Position numbers and translations under genes: made by a program
Assembly (NCBI GenBank): GCA_965368975.1
Contig: CBDUPA010000002.1
Coordinates: forward strand, 96,001-160,000
From: an uncultured bacterium
GTDB lineage: Bacteria > Acidobacteriota > Thermoanaerobaculia > Multivoradales > JAHZIX01
Reading direction: 5' to 3'
Length of the DNA stretch: 64,000 bases
Notes under the pieces: generated by a model
The model's input: the letters and a program-made list of their open reading frames with translations, nothing else
Database searches by the model: none
What the model was told of the DNA's origin: nothing
In this document: positions 50,340 to 59,605 of the stretch, piece after piece
Layout of the letters: each line of letters opens with the position of its first letter
How positions within the stretch are numbered: position 1 is the stretch's first letter

Positions 50340-52258
50340 GGGAGCTTCTCCGGGTCGGGATGGTCCTGCACCGGCGGATCGGCGGTGAGCCGGCCGCCCT
50401 CGTGCAGGCGATAGAGGCGATCTGCCGCCAAGTCTTCGAAGGTCTGCTCGCGCCCCGAGGGCCAGACGACGCGCAGCCGCTCGACCTCGCGGGCCCCGGC
50501 GAGACCGAAGTGCAAACGCCGGCTGCTCTGGCTGGCGAAGCCGTTGCCGCCGTTGACAAAGCTGGTCTGCGTCACACCATCCGCCGTCAACCAGACGCGC
50601 GCACCCACGGCGTCACGGTTGGATGGAGGGGTGCCGTTGGGATCACCGATCAGTTCGAGCTGTAGCCACGCCCGCCGCGGCGCACGATTGCGGTACAGAA
50701 ACGGCTCTCGGCCGGCGTTGGTGACGAAGAGGTCGAGGCGGCCGTCCCGATCGAAGTCGGCGACGGCGACGCCACGGCCGTCGAGCTGGCTGTCCAGGCC
50801 GTGGCGCGCCGCGTCGTCCTGGAACAATCCCCCTTCGTTGTGGAACAGGCTGTTGCGCTGATACCCGCTGAGCGTTTTGTCGCCCATCGGTGGCCACTGC
50901 CGAGCGTCGGCCAGGTCGACGTCGGGTTGCACGATCAGCTCGAAGATGTCGAGCACATAGGTCGGTTCGCCAGCTGACACCCAGCCGTTGACCACGTAGA
51001 GGTCGAGCCAGCCGTCGTTGTCATAGTCGAAGAACTTGCCGGCCCAACCCCAGCCCGTGTTGTGCGTGCCGGTCTCGCGCGCGACGTCGGCGAAGGAGAG
51101 GTTGCCCTGGTTCTGCCAGAGGAAGTTCCCTTCGCGCATGTACTCGTCGGTGATGTTGGTGACGTAGATGTCGTAGAGACCGTCGTTGTCGAAGTCGCCC
51201 CAATCGACGTTCATGCCCTTCTTCGTATCGATGCCGATCGTCTTTTCGGTGATGTCGGTGAAGGTGCCATCGCCGTCATTGCGGAAGAAAGAGTCCGTGC
51301 CGAAGTCCGCGGCGACGTAGAGATCGTCGTCCCCGTCGTGATCGGCGTCGGCATGACCCAGATCGAGCGTCCAACCCGAGACGACAATGCCAACCTCGGC
51401 CGTCACGTCGGTGAAACGGGGACCGCCCTCCGAGGCTCCTTCCTTGCTGCGGGCATCGTTCCGGCTGCTCTCATTCCGGCTGCTGTCGTTTCGGAAGACT
51501 GTGACACCACCGCCGTTGGCCGCCGTCTCGAAGCTCTCCGGGAAGAAGCGCGGCGTTTCCGGATCGAAGAGATTGACCGGCGCGAAGTAGTTGCCCAGGA
51601 AGAGGTCGAGGTCGCCATCGAGATCGTAGTCGAAGGCGATGGCGACGATGCAGTTGAGGTAGCGCTCGAGCCCACTGCCGGCCGTGACGTTGCGGAAGGA
51701 GGGTTGACCGCCTCGCGGCGTCACGTTCTCGAACAGCAGATTCTGGCCAAAGCGCACCACCAGCAGATCGGGATCGCCGTCGTTGTCCATGTCGAACCAC
51801 AGTGCATTGGCCGAGGCATTACCCGCGTCGTTGCCCTCTGCGACGCCAGCGCGCGCGGCCACGTCGCTGAAGGTCAGGTTGCCTTCCGCATCGACGCCGT
51901 GGCTGCGGTACAGCTGATTGCGCCCCTGCTCGGACGAGTCGGTGACAAAGAGATCCTCCCAACCGTCACCGTCGAAATCGGCCACCGCCACCGCCGCACC
52001 CAGCGCCGTATAGCCCTCCATGATGTGGGCGTAGGGATTCTCGAACGCGCGGTTGCGGTGCGCGCGGGCCACGCCGGCTGCCACGGTGATGTCCTCGAAG
52101 TAGCTGGCCTCCGGCAGATCGCGCACCAGCTCCGGCGCGGGCGGTGGCACCTCCGGCGTGGACTCGCCGGGGTTCGAAGCGGTCGGCGCGGCCGCCACCA
52201 GAAGTACCCCAACCAGGGCTCCGGGAAACCAGGAAACAGAGAGTCGCCAACGCTGCAT
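50336..52258 (-). CDS. Exported CRTAC1-family (FG-GAP + ASPIC/UnbV) protein
   Basis: Signal peptide, DxDxDG loops, YVTNITDEY, WGWAGKF, NRDAVGARV..LHFGL..VWPSG. Confidence 0.9.
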   Translation of the reverse strand: MQRWRLSVSWFPGALVGVLLVAAAPTASNPGESTPEVPPPAPELVRDLPEASYFEDITVAAGVARAHRNRAFENPYAHIMEGYTALGAAVAVADFDGDGWEDLFVTDSSEQGRNQLYRSHGVDAEGNLTFSDVAARAGVAEGNDAGNASANALWFDMDNDGDPDLLVVRFGQNLLFENVTPRGGQPSFRNVTAGSGLERYLNCIVAIAFDYDLDGDLDLFLGNYFAPVNLFDPETPRFFPESFETAANGGGVTVFRNDSSRNESSRNDARSKEGASEGGPRFTDVTAEVGIVVSGWTLDLGHADADHDGDDDLYVAADFGTDSFFRNDGDGTFTDITEKTIGIDTKKGMNVDWGDFDNDGLYDIYVTNITDEYMREGNFLWQNQGNLSFADVARETGTHNTGWGWAGKFFDYDNDGWLDLYVVNGWVSAGEPTYVLDIFELIVQPDVDLADARQWPPMGDKTLSGYQRNSLFHNEGGLFQDDAARHGLDSQLDGRGVAVADFDRDGRLDLFVTNAGREPFLYRNRAPRRAWLQLELIGDPNGTPPSNRDAVGARVWLTADGVTQTSFVNGGNGFASQSSRRLHFGLAGAREVERLRVVWPSGREQTFEDLAADRLYRLHEGGRLTADPPVQDHPDPEKLP

Positions 52259-52261
52259 GCT

Positions 52262-54748
52262 CTAGTCTTCCTCCAATTCCGCGGCATCATCGGCCGCTCT
52301 CTGGGACGGATAGTCAGGCAGTTCAAGCTCGTCGCGGCCTTCGACGATGCGGACAATACGGTTGGCCAGTACCTGGGTGAAGCGCTGTTCGTGGCCAGAT
52401 CGCGGCCAGTACACGATGAGTTCGTCGATGATCGGCGCTGCGGCGACGGGTTCGCTCAGGTTGGGTTCGCTCGGGTTTGGTTCGCTTGAGCTTGCCGCGT
52501 CGGCGAATCGGCGTGTGCCTCCCAGGCCGAAGTGCAGGCGCAGGCTGTTCTGGGAAGCGTAGCCATCGCCCAATGCGACCTCGCGTAGCTGCTGGCTCTC
52601 GCCCTGCCGCAGCGTAACCCGCGCACCTACGGCGTCACGGTTGCTGCCATTCGGTAGATCGCCGGCTGCCCCGACCAATTCTACCTGTAAGAAATTCCGC
52701 TGCAGACCTACCTGGTTGCGCAGCAACGCGTGGCGATCTGTCGAGGCAGCGACAGCGATGTCGACCACACCACGATTCCAGAAGTCGGCGAACGCGGTGC
52801 CGCGGCTGTTGAGCAGCAAGTCGGTGCCGGCAGCACGCCCGATCTCCTCGAAGGTGCCGTCGCCACGGTTGCGCAGATGGCGGTTGCGTTCGAAGCCGTG
52901 CCACGAGCGCTCGCCGAAGTAGGCGGGATCGAAGAAGGTCCCCTCCTTGTACTCCTGCATGCGGTTGACCACGCTGTGCAGGAACTCTTGCTCGATCTCG
53001 GTGCCAGGCTGGTTGTACACCCAGCCGTTGACCGAGTAGATATCCTGCCAGCCGTCGTTGTCGAAGTCGGCAAAGCCGGAGCCCCAGAACCAGCCGGGCG
53101 GATTGGCGTTGGCCGCCCACGTGACGTCCTCGAAGGTGCCGTCGCCGCGATTGCGCAGCAACGTGTTGCCGGAGGCCATCTGCTGGAATACCTCGATCAT
53201 GCCGAAGCCACTCTGCCGTGCAATCTGCATGTAGAGCGGCATGTCCGACATCCACACTCCTTGCGTCCAGGTGTTGAGCATGTAACGACCAACGGTCGGC
53301 CATTCGGCGAACCAGCTCGACTCGGAGCGGATGTGGGCGACGTAGATGTCCTGCCAGCCGTCGTTGTCGTAGTCGCCGAAGGAAGCACTCATGCCGGCGC
53401 CGTAGGCCAGCGTCCCGGTGGCAACGGTGACGTCGGTGAAGGTGACATCCCCATCACTGCCGGTGCCGTCGTTGCGATACAGGGTCTTGCGCCCGAAATC
53501 ATTGACCACGTAGAGATCCGCGTCACCGTCCTGGTCGTAGTCACCGAACACCGAGCCCAAACACAGACCGACCTCGCCGACACCAGCCGACTCCGTGATG
53601 TTGGAGAATGTGCCATCGCCATTGTTGCGGTAGAGCTGGTTGTGCTCCCCGTTGCGGGCATAGAAGGTCGTTGGGATGCGCTCGCGCGGATCGAGATAGC
53701 GGCCGACGTAGAGATCCAGATCGCCATCGTTGTCGATATCACCGAAACTACCGACCGTTGTGCAGCAGTCTGCGCCGAGACCGGCGCGCTCGGTGACATC
53801 GCGGAAGGTCCCGTCGCCCTGGTTCTCGAACAGCTGGTTGGGCTGGAAGGTGCGACTGACGAAGAAGTCCTTGTCGCCATCGTTGTCCCAATCCGCGAAC
53901 AGGCCAACGCTGACACCGTCGAGACCACTCAGGCCAGCAGCGGCCGTGATGTCCTCGAACGTGCCGTCACCGACGTTGCGGTAGAGCCGGGATTCGACAC
54001 CATCCGGGATGAAAAGGTCGTGCAAACCATCCCCATCGAGGTCCGTCGTCGTGATGCCGGCCGGGCCGTAGCGCAGCATGCCGAATTTCAACGGCTCGCT
54101 CAGGAAGGGCGGATAGTACTGGTTCTCGAACGCGATGCCGGCATCCGCGGCGGTGTCGACGAACTGAGGCTCACTGCTGATCACTCGGTCGCCCTCGAGC
54201 AGTTCGGCACTGACGATTCTCAGCCCGGCCTCCCCTGCCGGCCGCAGCTTCATCTGGAAATAGGCACGGTCGATGCCGGCGCGCGCTTCGCCCCGCGGCA
54301 TACCGACCACCTCGAAGCGCACGCTGGCTTCCAACTCGTCACCCCGCCAGCGGTGCAAACGGTGCACGTGCAGCCGCACCTCGTCGACCGACTCCAACCC
54401 CTGCAGGTAGCGGTCCCAGGCTGCCGCCGCGGCAGCAGCGTCCTGAGACTGCTGGTCGGCCGCGAAGGCGTACGTGCGCACGCCATCCCGATCATCGCGC
54501 AGGCGGAGATTCGTCAACCCGAGGTCGGAACCAGCGAAGGTGTCCGCATAGGTGGCGCGAACAGCGTCGAGATCCCGAGCCTGCAAAGCGATCGACAACG
54601 CCTCCAGCGTCTGGCTGATCTGCTGGCCCGCAAGGAAGAACCGTGCCCCCGCGCGGCTCAGGTAGATGCCCGTCAAAACGGACAAGAGGATCGCCAAGAC
54701 GACGACAGCCAAGAGCCGCTGTCCCGTCTTCGAACGGAAAATACGCAT
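52262..54748 (-). CDS. Membrane-anchored CRTAC1-family protein with extra N-terminal (NTF2/SnoaL-like) domain
   Basis: N-terminal TM, ~170-aa alpha/beta insert, DxDxDG loops, SWHGFERN, SNRDAVGARV..LHFGLG..YWP. Confidence 0.88.
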   Translation of the reverse strand: MRIFRSKTGQRLLAVVVLAILLSVLTGIYLSRAGARFFLAGQQISQTLEALSIALQARDLDAVRATYADTFAGSDLGLTNLRLRDDRDGVRTYAFAADQQSQDAAAAAAAWDRYLQGLESVDEVRLHVHRLHRWRGDELEASVRFEVVGMPRGEARAGIDRAYFQMKLRPAGEAGLRIVSAELLEGDRVISSEPQFVDTAADAGIAFENQYYPPFLSEPLKFGMLRYGPAGITTTDLDGDGLHDLFIPDGVESRLYRNVGDGTFEDITAAAGLSGLDGVSVGLFADWDNDGDKDFFVSRTFQPNQLFENQGDGTFRDVTERAGLGADCCTTVGSFGDIDNDGDLDLYVGRYLDPRERIPTTFYARNGEHNQLYRNNGDGTFSNITESAGVGEVGLCLGSVFGDYDQDGDADLYVVNDFGRKTLYRNDGTGSDGDVTFTDVTVATGTLAYGAGMSASFGDYDNDGWQDIYVAHIRSESSWFAEWPTVGRYMLNTWTQGVWMSDMPLYMQIARQSGFGMIEVFQQMASGNTLLRNRGDGTFEDVTWAANANPPGWFWGSGFADFDNDGWQDIYSVNGWVYNQPGTEIEQEFLHSVVNRMQEYKEGTFFDPAYFGERSWHGFERNRHLRNRGDGTFEEIGRAAGTDLLLNSRGTAFADFWNRGVVDIAVAASTDRHALLRNQVGLQRNFLQVELVGAAGDLPNGSNRDAVGARVTLRQGESQQLREVALGDGYASQNSLRLHFGLGGTRRFADAASSSEPNPSEPNLSEPVAAAPIIDELIVYWPRSGHEQRFTQVLANRIVRIVEGRDELELPDYPSQRAADDAAELEED

Positions 54749-54801
54749 GCTAGAACTCCGATCTCCAAGCGCTTCGATTCATGTCTTATACACTCTACGA
54801 C

Positions 54802-55839
54802 ATGAGTACAACACTGCAATCCCCTGCCCAAGGGACACAACGCTACAGCGCCGCCGCCTGTCAGATCGACATGGCCAATCCCACCGACCGCCGCGGCATC
54901 GGCAAGAAGACCGCGCGCATGCTGCAGATGATCGACCAGGCGGTGCAGGGCTATTCCCCTTTCTTGCCCGTCAAGCTGGTGGTCTTTCCCGAGTTCGCGC
55001 ACGCCGCGCCCGTCTACCCGACTGCTGCCGAACTGTACGACAAGCTCGCCGTGCCGATCCCCAACGAGCACACGGAGCGCTACGTCGAGAAGGCCCGCGA
55101 GTACGGCGTTTATATCCAGACCGGCACGTTCCTGGAACGCGACGATCGCTACGGTGAGGTCGTCTTCAACACCACTTGCCTGATCGGCCCGGACGGCATC
55201 TTGAGCAAGTACCGCAAGGTCCACACCTGGATTCCGTGGGAAGTCCACGCCAGTCCCCACGACCTGCCGGACTACCAGGACGAGATCTACCCGGTCGTCG
55301 ACACCCCGATCGGCAAACTCGGCGTCGCCATCTGCTACGACTGGCTCTTCCCCGAAGTCCTGCGTCAACTCACCGCCAACGGCGCCGAAGTCCTGATCCG
55401 TGTCTCCGCCTATATGGACCCCTGGGGCGCCACCTCCCCCATGGATTGGTGGACCGTCGTCAATCGCTGCCGCGCCCTGGAGAACGTCGCCTACGTCGTC
55501 GCCTCCAACCAGGGTGCCAGCCTCAAGCACTACCCCCCCTTCTCCTGGCCCGGCGGCTCGATGGTCGTCGACTACGACGGTCGCATCCTCGCCCAAGCCG
55601 ACCCCGGTCCCGGCGAGAAAATCGTCGTCGCCCCCGTCGACATCAGTGCCCTGCGTCACGAACGCGGCGTGCGTCGCGGCCACCAGAACCTGGGGCACCT
55701 GCGGACCGAGACGTTGCCGATGTACCAGCAGAGCTTCTATCCCGGTGGCTGCGGCCAAGATGGGCTCACCATCGACGGCAACAACGAACGCACTGCCGCC
55801 GTCAAGAAGAAGCTCGGCTACTGCGAACCGGGCGAATGA
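54802..55839 (+). CDS. Nitrilase-family carbon-nitrogen hydrolase
   Basis: Catalytic triad VVFPEF / YRKVH / ICYDWLFPE. Start 54802 or 54781. Confidence 0.92.
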   Translation: MSTTLQSPAQGTQRYSAAACQIDMANPTDRRGIGKKTARMLQMIDQAVQGYSPFLPVKLVVFPEFAHAAPVYPTAAELYDKLAVPIPNEHTERYVEKAREYGVYIQTGTFLERDDRYGEVVFNTTCLIGPDGILSKYRKVHTWIPWEVHASPHDLPDYQDEIYPVVDTPIGKLGVAICYDWLFPEVLRQLTANGAEVLIRVSAYMDPWGATSPMDWWTVVNRCRALENVAYVVASNQGASLKHYPPFSWPGGSMVVDYDGRILAQADPGPGEKIVVAPVDISALRHERGVRRGHQNLGHLRTETLPMYQQSFYPGGCGQDGLTIDGNNERTAAVKKKLGYCEPGE

Positions 55840-56273
55840 AGCTTCCCCAGAGCTGGCGCATCCGCCTGATCAACTTCTACGCCCCCTACCTCGGTGCCGG
55901 CATCCGCGTGCGTCGCGATGGCACGGGCTACCAGATCCGCATGAAGCTCCGCTGGTGGAACCGGAACTACTTCGGAACCCACTTCGGCGGCTCGCTGTAC
56001 TCGATGTGCGATCCGTTCTACGTGCTGATCTTGGCCGAGCAGTTGGGAAGAGATTACATCGTGTGGGACAAGGCAGCGTCGATCCGGTTTCGGCGGCCGG
56101 GGAAGGGAGAGATGAGGGCGGATTTCCAGCTGTCAGGGGAGGAGATCGAGCGGGTGCGCGAGCTGGCGGACGCTGGGGAGGTCGTCGAGCCTACGTACTC
56201 CGTCGAGGTGAAGGATGGGAACGGGAAGGTCGTGGCGGAGGTGGAGAAGCTTTGTTATGTGCGGAGGAAGTGA
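55836..56273 (+). CDS. DUF4442 / PaaI-like hotdog-fold protein
   Basis: NFYAPYLGAGI, NRNYFGTHFGGSLYSMCDPFY, VWDKAASIRF. ATGA overlap with the nitrilase. Confidence 0.88.
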   Translation: MKLPQSWRIRLINFYAPYLGAGIRVRRDGTGYQIRMKLRWWNRNYFGTHFGGSLYSMCDPFYVLILAEQLGRDYIVWDKAASIRFRRPGKGEMRADFQLSGEEIERVRELADAGEVVEPTYSVEVKDGNGKVVAEVEKLCYVRRK

Positions 56274-56628
56274 GAGCAGAGGGCTGCATGCCTAAATTTT
56301 GATTGTGACACAAGATACTATTGACTAGGAATTCGTTATTTCGACATCACCAAGTCTTTGCGCGTAGTGAAGGTCACTTAGAGGAGCAGAGAAATGGCCC
56401 AGGATCAAATGTTCGGCAGTCTTATGAATGGTGTATATGTCGCCCCTGAGTTCATAGCTACCAGGAAGCTGGTGTTCTTTGGAACGTCGATCCTAAAAGT
56501 CACCCAATCGAGTTTCGGAAACACGGCGAAGACTCGAAGAGTTGCTGCAAACCCGCTCCAGCTTGTTGGACATCGAGCCGCGAGAGATCTACCCATTTCT
56601 CTCAGACTTCTAGACCCAATGGAGCCCT

Positions 56629-56736
56629 GGCCGGAGCGTGGGTGAGCTGGAAACGGCGTTCCGGGACTCGATCGACGACTATCTCAAGTTCTGCGTGCAG
56701 CGTTGCGAGAAACCGGACAAGCCATTCTCCGGGCGT
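56629..56736 (+). pseudogene. hicB: HicB antitoxin internal fragment
   Basis: GRSVGELETAFRDSIDDYLKFCVQRCEKPDKPFSGR matches the HicB mid-region. Both termini and hicA are missing. Confidence 0.75.
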
Positions 56737-56765
56737 CTCCCCCGAAGCCCAGCCGCCGAACTCGG

Positions 56766-56814
56766 CAAGGTTCTCGCGGTCCACGACGTGACCACCCGCT
56801 GCGACGACTGTGAT
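56766..56814 (+). repeat. Imperfect direct repeat of 58351-58399
   Basis: 44/49 identity, including a perfect 26-bp core TGACCACCCGCTGCGACGACTGTGAT. Confidence 0.85.
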
Positions 56815-56903
56815 TGCCACCGGTCGACCAAGAAGGGGAAAGCAGATTTAAATCTGCTTGTTGAGGGTTAACCATCTGCTATCCTCCACTCCCGGAGGTA
56901 GCC

Positions 56904-58028
56904 ATGCTGTTCCAATGCCCCGATCTACAAGCCGCTGAACTCGATGTCCTAGCCAAGATCGAGAAACTGCGACAAGAACTTGACTTCACCCTTCCGCCGC
57001 GACGCTGGTTCGGTCTGCTGCGCCGCAACACCTTTGCGCGCGCCATCCAGGGGTCCAACAGCATCGAGGGCTACAACGTCACCATCGACGACGCCACCGC
57101 CGCTGTCGAAGGCGAAGAGCCAATCGACGACAAGACCGAGGCGTGGGCAGCGGTGAATGGGTATCGCCTCGCCATGACGCTGATTCTGCAGAAGGCTGGG
57201 GACCCGCACTTCTCCTACTCGACTGAATTCCTCAATTCGCTGCATTTCATGATGCTGTCCTACGACTTGACGAAGAACCCAGGCTGCTGGCGCTCTGGTT
57301 CCATCTTCGTTCGCAACGAGATCGAAGGCGAGACCGTGTACGAGGGGCCGGACGCGGAGGAGGTTCCGGCTCTCATGCTCGAGCTGATCGAGGCCCTGAA
57401 TCAGCCGTCCGACGTACCGCCAGTGGTGCAGGCGGCGATGGGTCACCTCAACCTGGTGATGATTCACCCCTACTCGGACGGTAACGGTCGCATGGCCCGT
57501 GCGCTACAGACGTTGATCCTGGCCCGAGTGGGAATCTCGCGCAATCCGATCTTCGTCAGCATCGAAGAGTACCTGGGACGCAATACGCAGGCGTACTACG
57601 ACGTGCTCGCCGAGGTGGGAAGTGGCCGTTGGCAGCCGGACGGGGATACGAGACCCTGGATTCGATTCTGCCTCAAAGCCCACTATCAACAAGCCGCCAC
57701 GATCCGACAGCGGAGTCAGGTCTTGCATCGCCTGTTCGACGAGATCGAACGCTTGGCACAAGCCCAAGATCTACCCGAGCGAAGTATCGCTTCTCTGGCC
57801 GAAGCGGCAATGGGACTGCGTATCCGCAACTCCACGTATCGTTCGCTGGCGGACATTGCCGAAGGCACTGCCTCACGTGACCTGAAGCGCTTGGTAGAAC
57901 TCGGCTACCTCAAAGCCCACGGTAAGAAACGCGGACGCTTCTACGTGGCGGGCGAGGCGCTGCAACGACTTGCCCTGGAGGTCGGCAAGCCTGGGCGCAT
58001 GCGGGATCCTTTCGAAGAGTTGGGGTAA
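56904..58028 (+). CDS. Fic family protein with C-terminal winged HTH
   Basis: GSNSIEG (inhibitory-motif-like), HPYSDGNGRMAR Fic motif, TASRDLKRLVELG HTH. GGAGG RBS. Confidence 0.92.
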   Translation: MLFQCPDLQAAELDVLAKIEKLRQELDFTLPPRRWFGLLRRNTFARAIQGSNSIEGYNVTIDDATAAVEGEEPIDDKTEAWAAVNGYRLAMTLILQKAGDPHFSYSTEFLNSLHFMMLSYDLTKNPGCWRSGSIFVRNEIEGETVYEGPDAEEVPALMLELIEALNQPSDVPPVVQAAMGHLNLVMIHPYSDGNGRMARALQTLILARVGISRNPIFVSIEEYLGRNTQAYYDVLAEVGSGRWQPDGDTRPWIRFCLKAHYQQAATIRQRSQVLHRLFDEIERLAQAQDLPERSIASLAEAAMGLRIRNSTYRSLADIAEGTASRDLKRLVELGYLKAHGKKRGRFYVAGEALQRLALEVGKPGRMRDPFEELG

Positions 58029-58044
58029 ACAACGAGCTCGGTAC

Positions 58045-58269
58045 AATCTCCTCCTCGACCTGGGTGATCGGCTGGTCGCCACCGAAGTAAAATCGGGGCA
58101 GACGGTCGCGGGAGACTTCTTTGCCAACCTCGAACGCTTGCCTGAAGAGTTGCCGGAGGATCTCGCATCGCGCCTCGGCTCGTCCCGAGTCGTCTACGGT
58201 GGCGCGGAAGCCCAGCGACGGCGAGGAGTCGAAGTCGTACCTTGGAAGAGCCTGAAGGATCTTGAATAG
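58045..58269 (+). pseudogene. C-terminal remnant of an ATPase-associated DUF4143 (nuclease-like) domain
   Basis: LLLD..LVATEVKSGQTVAGDFFANL..VVYGG..VVPW, with no credible start and no N-terminal ATPase. Confidence 0.6.
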
Positions 58270-58285
58270 TAGGAGCCAGACTCGC

Positions 58286-58714
58286 ATGAACCTCCTCAGC
58301 AAGCTCGCCTCCATCTTCTCCCCTCGACGCCCGTCCGTCGTCGACGACGACAAGATCCTCGCAGGCCACGACCTGACCACCCGCTGCGACGACTGTGATG
58401 CACCGGGAGCGCGGATCATCTTGACGCAGAGCGAGGCCGGCTGGACGCTGGGTTTCTGGGGCTTCTGCGGCAGCAACAGCGGTGCCGATCCGATTTCCGC
58501 CGAGCGCGCGCAAGCTATTTTGCAGGCGTTTCAGGGACCCGATTTCGACGTCGACCAGATCGCCGCGGCGGGCTTCTATGACGATGCCGGCTACTGTCGC
58601 GACTGCGGGAAGTTCTACTGCGAAAGCCACTGGAACGTCACGCCGAATGGCTGCGGGACCTGTCCGGCAGGTCATTCCAAGAGTCTCGACCCGCACTGGT
58701 CCCCGGACCTCTAG
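58286..58714 (+). CDS. Cys-rich hypothetical protein (putative Zn-binding)
   Basis: CDDC, CRDC, CESHW, CGTCPAGH. AGGAG upstream. Confidence 0.7.
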   Translation: MNLLSKLASIFSPRRPSVVDDDKILAGHDLTTRCDDCDAPGARIILTQSEAGWTLGFWGFCGSNSGADPISAERAQAILQAFQGPDFDVDQIAAAGFYDDAGYCRDCGKFYCESHWNVTPNGCGTCPAGHSKSLDPHWSPDL

Positions 58715-58755
58715 TTCAGACACCGTCACAGCGGGTCGCCCTATACTGCGTCCCT

Positions 58756-59514
58756 ATGGACCCAGAACTTCTCGCTCTCCTCGCTGACCTCCACCTGCAC
58801 AACCACCGCCAAGGCCCCGGTAGTCCAGTTGCTTTCGCGCGGGCCCTCGATCTGTCCGGCATCGACGCTCAAGCCTCGCTCGAGATAGCCGACATCGGCT
58901 GCGGTACGGGCGCAACGTCGCTCTCACTCACCCAAACCACGCAGGCCTCGATCACCGCCGTCGATCTGCTGCCCGCTTTCCTCGACGAGCTGACCCGACG
59001 AGCCGATGCCCTGGGCGTTCGAGATCGGATCGAGGTGATCGAAGCCGACATGGGAGATCTGCCGTTCGAGCGCGAGCAGTTCGACGTGATCTGGTCCGAA
59101 GGCGCGATCTATAACCTTGGCTTCAGCCGAGGCATCCGGGAATGGCGCGAGTACTTGAAGCCCGGAGGTGTCCTGGTAGTGACGGAGATCACCTGGCTGA
59201 CGGCGAAAGTACCGGACGAGCTGCGCCAGCATTGGGAAGGCGAGTACTCCGAGATGGCGCTGGCGTCGACGAAGCTGAGGCAGCTCGAAGACTACGGCTA
59301 CACACCGATCGGCTACTTCGCCCTGCCCGCGGACTGTTGGCTAGAGGAGTACTACGTGCCGCTTGCAGCCGGCTTCGACGACTTCCTTGCGCGCCATGCT
59401 GCCGACGAGATGGCTCGGGAGGTCGTCGCTGCAGAGAAGCGGGAGATCGCGCTATACGAGAAGTTCCAGGACCACTACAGCTACGGTTGCTATGTGGCCA
59501 GGAAGGTCGCGTAG
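58756..59514 (+). CDS. Class I SAM-dependent methyltransferase
   Basis: RQGPGS, IADIGCGTG, FDVIWSEGAIYN, LKPGG. Confidence 0.9.
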   Translation: MDPELLALLADLHLHNHRQGPGSPVAFARALDLSGIDAQASLEIADIGCGTGATSLSLTQTTQASITAVDLLPAFLDELTRRADALGVRDRIEVIEADMGDLPFEREQFDVIWSEGAIYNLGFSRGIREWREYLKPGGVLVVTEITWLTAKVPDELRQHWEGEYSEMALASTKLRQLEDYGYTPIGYFALPADCWLEEYYVPLAAGFDDFLARHAADEMAREVVAAEKREIALYEKFQDHYSYGCYVARKVA

Positions 59515-59605
59515 GACGACCTTGTCTCTGTCGATAAGTGAGCAGCGATGCTGCCCACATCATCACCGGTCGTGCAACTACCGGCCGAACAAGAAAGGAC
59601 CAACT

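Noticed and set aside
39041-54748. Enediyne biosynthetic gene cluster
   Set aside because: No PKS, cluster-linked thioesterase or UnbU/UnbL-type genes in the window; only UnbV-like domains.
56394-56645. 83-aa ORF with a GAGGAG RBS in the low-GC patch
   Set aside because: Atypical codon usage and no recognisable motif; cannot be supported as a gene from sequence alone.
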